Shown here one piece after another: positions 34,197-36,074 of a stretch of DNA of 36,074 nt (position 1 is the first letter of the stretch; every line of letters begins with the position of its first letter). This DNA is from a virus (Duplodnaviria > Caudoviricetes): positions 1 through 36,074 of the IMG/VR virus record IMGVR_UViG_3300011335_000188. One strand, written 5' to 3'. The position numbers were made by a program, and so were the translations under genes. Below the pieces are notes generated by a model, which was not told where the DNA came from, made no database searches, and worked only from the letters and a program-made list of their open reading frames with translations.

Positions 34197-35080
34197 AAGC
34201 CTTATACAGGTTAGCCTACGACCATTTACACGCAGGGCGTTACGAAGCAGGGTTTAGGCACTTTGAATACCGATGGCATAAAGACATTATGGGTGAACAG
34301 TCAGTACCCTATACGCCTGCCCTTTCTATCCCTGTATGGCGTGGGGAATCATTACTAGGCAAATCCATTGTGGTGCAGATGGAACAAGGTTTTGGCGATG
34401 TATTGCAGTTCTATCGCTTTTTACCTGCCCTAAAGGTCATGGGGGCTAAACGACTTATAGTCCTACAAGAATCATCATTGCACTACCTTATTGGGCAAAT
34501 GGAATGTATTGATGTCATTACCAACTCTACCGATGAGGGTGAAGCCACCGAAGCCGATTATTGGATTGGCTCAATGTCTTTGCCCCATTACATCTCATGC
34601 AGCCAACCTTATGTTAAAAACTTATTCCCAATTACTACTAAAAAGATTGTTGGTTCAGAAGGCTATTTGGAAGCTACGCCTAGCAATATTCCTGCAAAGA
34701 TTGGGGTGAACTGGGAAGCATCAGGTAAAAGCCTGTATTACATTAAATCGATTGACAGTCGTGAAATGCTTAAATTAGTGGGCGATAACTGCTATTCCCT
34801 AAATCCTAAGAGTGAAGGGCCATTCCACCCCCTACCTAACGATGGTTGGAAGAAAAACTGGATGCAAACCGCCCAACACATGAAAGCCTGTAAGGGCATC
34901 GTGACAGTCGATACAGGTACAGCACATCTAGCTGGGGCATTAGGAATTAAGACGATTGTGCTATTGCCTAAAGAAGAATTTGTATGTTGGCGTTGGAAAA
35001 ATGGGCGTTGGTACGATTCGGTAGTGGCTTTAAGACCGCATGAATACGACAAAGTCCCTGAGTTAATAAGGAGAATGTAA
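34181..35080 (+). CDS. Glycosyltransferase (GT-B, GT9/heptosyltransferase-like); start uncertain
   Basis: WRGESL, EQGFGDVLQFYRF, IGVNW, VTVDTGTAHLAGALG; frame open from 34169, first ATG 34289. Confidence 0.75.
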   Translation: MTTDIKALYRLAYDHLHAGRYEAGFRHFEYRWHKDIMGEQSVPYTPALSIPVWRGESLLGKSIVVQMEQGFGDVLQFYRFLPALKVMGAKRLIVLQESSLHYLIGQMECIDVITNSTDEGEATEADYWIGSMSLPHYISCSQPYVKNLFPITTKKIVGSEGYLEATPSNIPAKIGVNWEASGKSLYYIKSIDSREMLKLVGDNCYSLNPKSEGPFHPLPNDGWKKNWMQTAQHMKACKGIVTVDTGTAHLAGALGIKTIVLLPKEEFVCWRWKNGRWYDSVVALRPHEYDKVPELIRRM

Positions 35081-35454
35081 TGATTTGCCCTAAGTGTGGT
35101 TACTCAGAAAGCAATCATGTAGTTACCAAATCAGATAAAGAGAAATACCTAGACTTTTGGGGGTTTCAGATGGGTACTCCTGAAGCTGAGGAAGCATGGA
35201 AACAAAAGCAAGAAATGACCGCCAAAGAAGCCCCAATGGTCATGTCGGATATTGAAGGCTATGTATCTCAGGTTGATGGTTCTTGGATTAGTAGCCGTAG
35301 CCACCACAGAAGCCACCTAAAACAGCACAGAATGATTGAATTAGGCAACGATGTACCCAAGCAACATAAGCCTGTTGATATTGACCGCAAGACCCAAGAA
35401 GCCCGTAAACGCAAGATTGCCGAGCTTGCTTACGCTAAATTAAACTATCGTTAA
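35080..35454 (+). CDS. Hypothetical protein with CxxC, upstream of scaffold
   Basis: CPKCG; YVSQVDGSWISSRSHHRSHLK..ELGN. Confidence 0.65.
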   Translation: MICPKCGYSESNHVVTKSDKEKYLDFWGFQMGTPEAEEAWKQKQEMTAKEAPMVMSDIEGYVSQVDGSWISSRSHHRSHLKQHRMIELGNDVPKQHKPVDIDRKTQEARKRKIAELAYAKLNYR

Positions 35455-35463
35455 GGAGCAATC

Positions 35464-36074
35464 ATGGCAGACCGCAGAGAGATGTTGGAATCCGCACTAG
35501 AAGAAATCTTAGAACCACAAAATGAGGGTAAACCCCAAGAGGTAGAACATGAGGAAGTGCAAGAGGAAGTACCTCAAGACGAACCTGCTCGGAATGAGAA
35601 GGGACAGTTTGTCGCTAAAGATGAAGCGGTGGCAGAGGAAACGAGCATTGAGGTTGCTTCAGAAGATGCGGATGAACCCGAACAGCCCGAAGAACAACTT
35701 GAGATTAGCGATATACCAAAGCCTACAACTTGGAAGAAAGACCTTTTACCTCTTTGGGATAAGATAGCCAAAGGCGAAACATTAACAAAAGAAGAAAGCA
35801 AAAAACATCTTGAATACCTTAACCAAAGAGAGAACGAGTTTAAAAAGGGCGTTAGCGTATATAAAGCGGAAGCGGAACGAGCAAAGGCTCTTGAGGAAGC
35901 AATTACCCCGTTTGTCCCCGAACTCCAAGCACAAGGAATCCACCCTGCCGCATGGATAAACAATTTGGGTCGTGCCCACATGGTATTGACCAAAGCACCC
36001 TATGAACAAAAAGTACAGATGTTTCATAGACTTGCACAAGATTATGGAGTAAACTTAAATCAAAGTAACGAACC
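35464..36074 (+). CDS. Capsid scaffolding protein, 5' part (continues to 587)
   Basis: AAGGAG RBS, ATG 35464, acidic N-terminus with RNEKGQF, open to window end. Confidence 0.8.
   Translation, partial: MADRREMLESALEEILEPQNEGKPQEVEHEEVQEEVPQDEPARNEKGQFVAKDEAVAEETSIEVASEDADEPEQPEEQLEISDIPKPTTWKKDLLPLWDKIAKGETLTKEESKKHLEYLNQRENEFKKGVSVYKAEAERAKALEEAITPFVPELQAQGIHPAAWINNLGRAHMVLTKAPYEQKVQMFHRLAQDYGVNLNQSNE
35948..36074. repeat. Terminal direct repeat, right copy
   Basis: Identical to 1-127. Confidence 0.95.

Noticed and set aside
35948-36074. 127-bp terminal repeat as a biological DTR
   Set aside because: It falls mid-gene and 127 is a common assembler k-mer size, so it most likely marks circular assembly overlap

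Overview
The window is an apparently complete, circularly permuted genome of a small tailed phage (about 35,947 bp unique). Bases 1-127 recur exactly at 35948-36074 and the scaffold gene runs through that join. Gene content suggests a P22/BPP-1-like podovirus: terS, terL, portal, head-associated fibre, glycosyltransferase, scaffold, capsid, adaptor, gp10-like nozzle, GNAT, ejection proteins, modular fibre/chaperone cassettes and a holin/GH108 lysis module. A leftward early arm carries an SSB-like protein, an exonuclease and small ORFs. A rightward arm carries a Cro-like regulator, a short replication-initiator-like protein, an ABC-ATPase/GNAT fusion and nucleases. I recognise no integrase, CI repressor, DNA polymerase, helicase, tRNA or CRISPR. 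Most notable: (1) two fibre genes about 22 kb apart share a 46-aa C-terminus, next to three small tip+chaperone modules; (2) three tandem structured RNA candidates at 17815-18057, one showing anti-Shine-Dalgarno loops and one a pseudoknot; (3) a c4/CI-like RNA switch at 20571-20696; (4) an unannotated secreted 4-Cys beta-hairpin peptide; (5) four operators over sigma70-like promoters with an apparently leaderless cro; (6) an HNH gene that starts with a fibre gene's N-terminus; (7) a glycosyltransferase lacking a canonical start for its conserved N-terminus. All family assignments are by motif recognition and synteny, not database searches.
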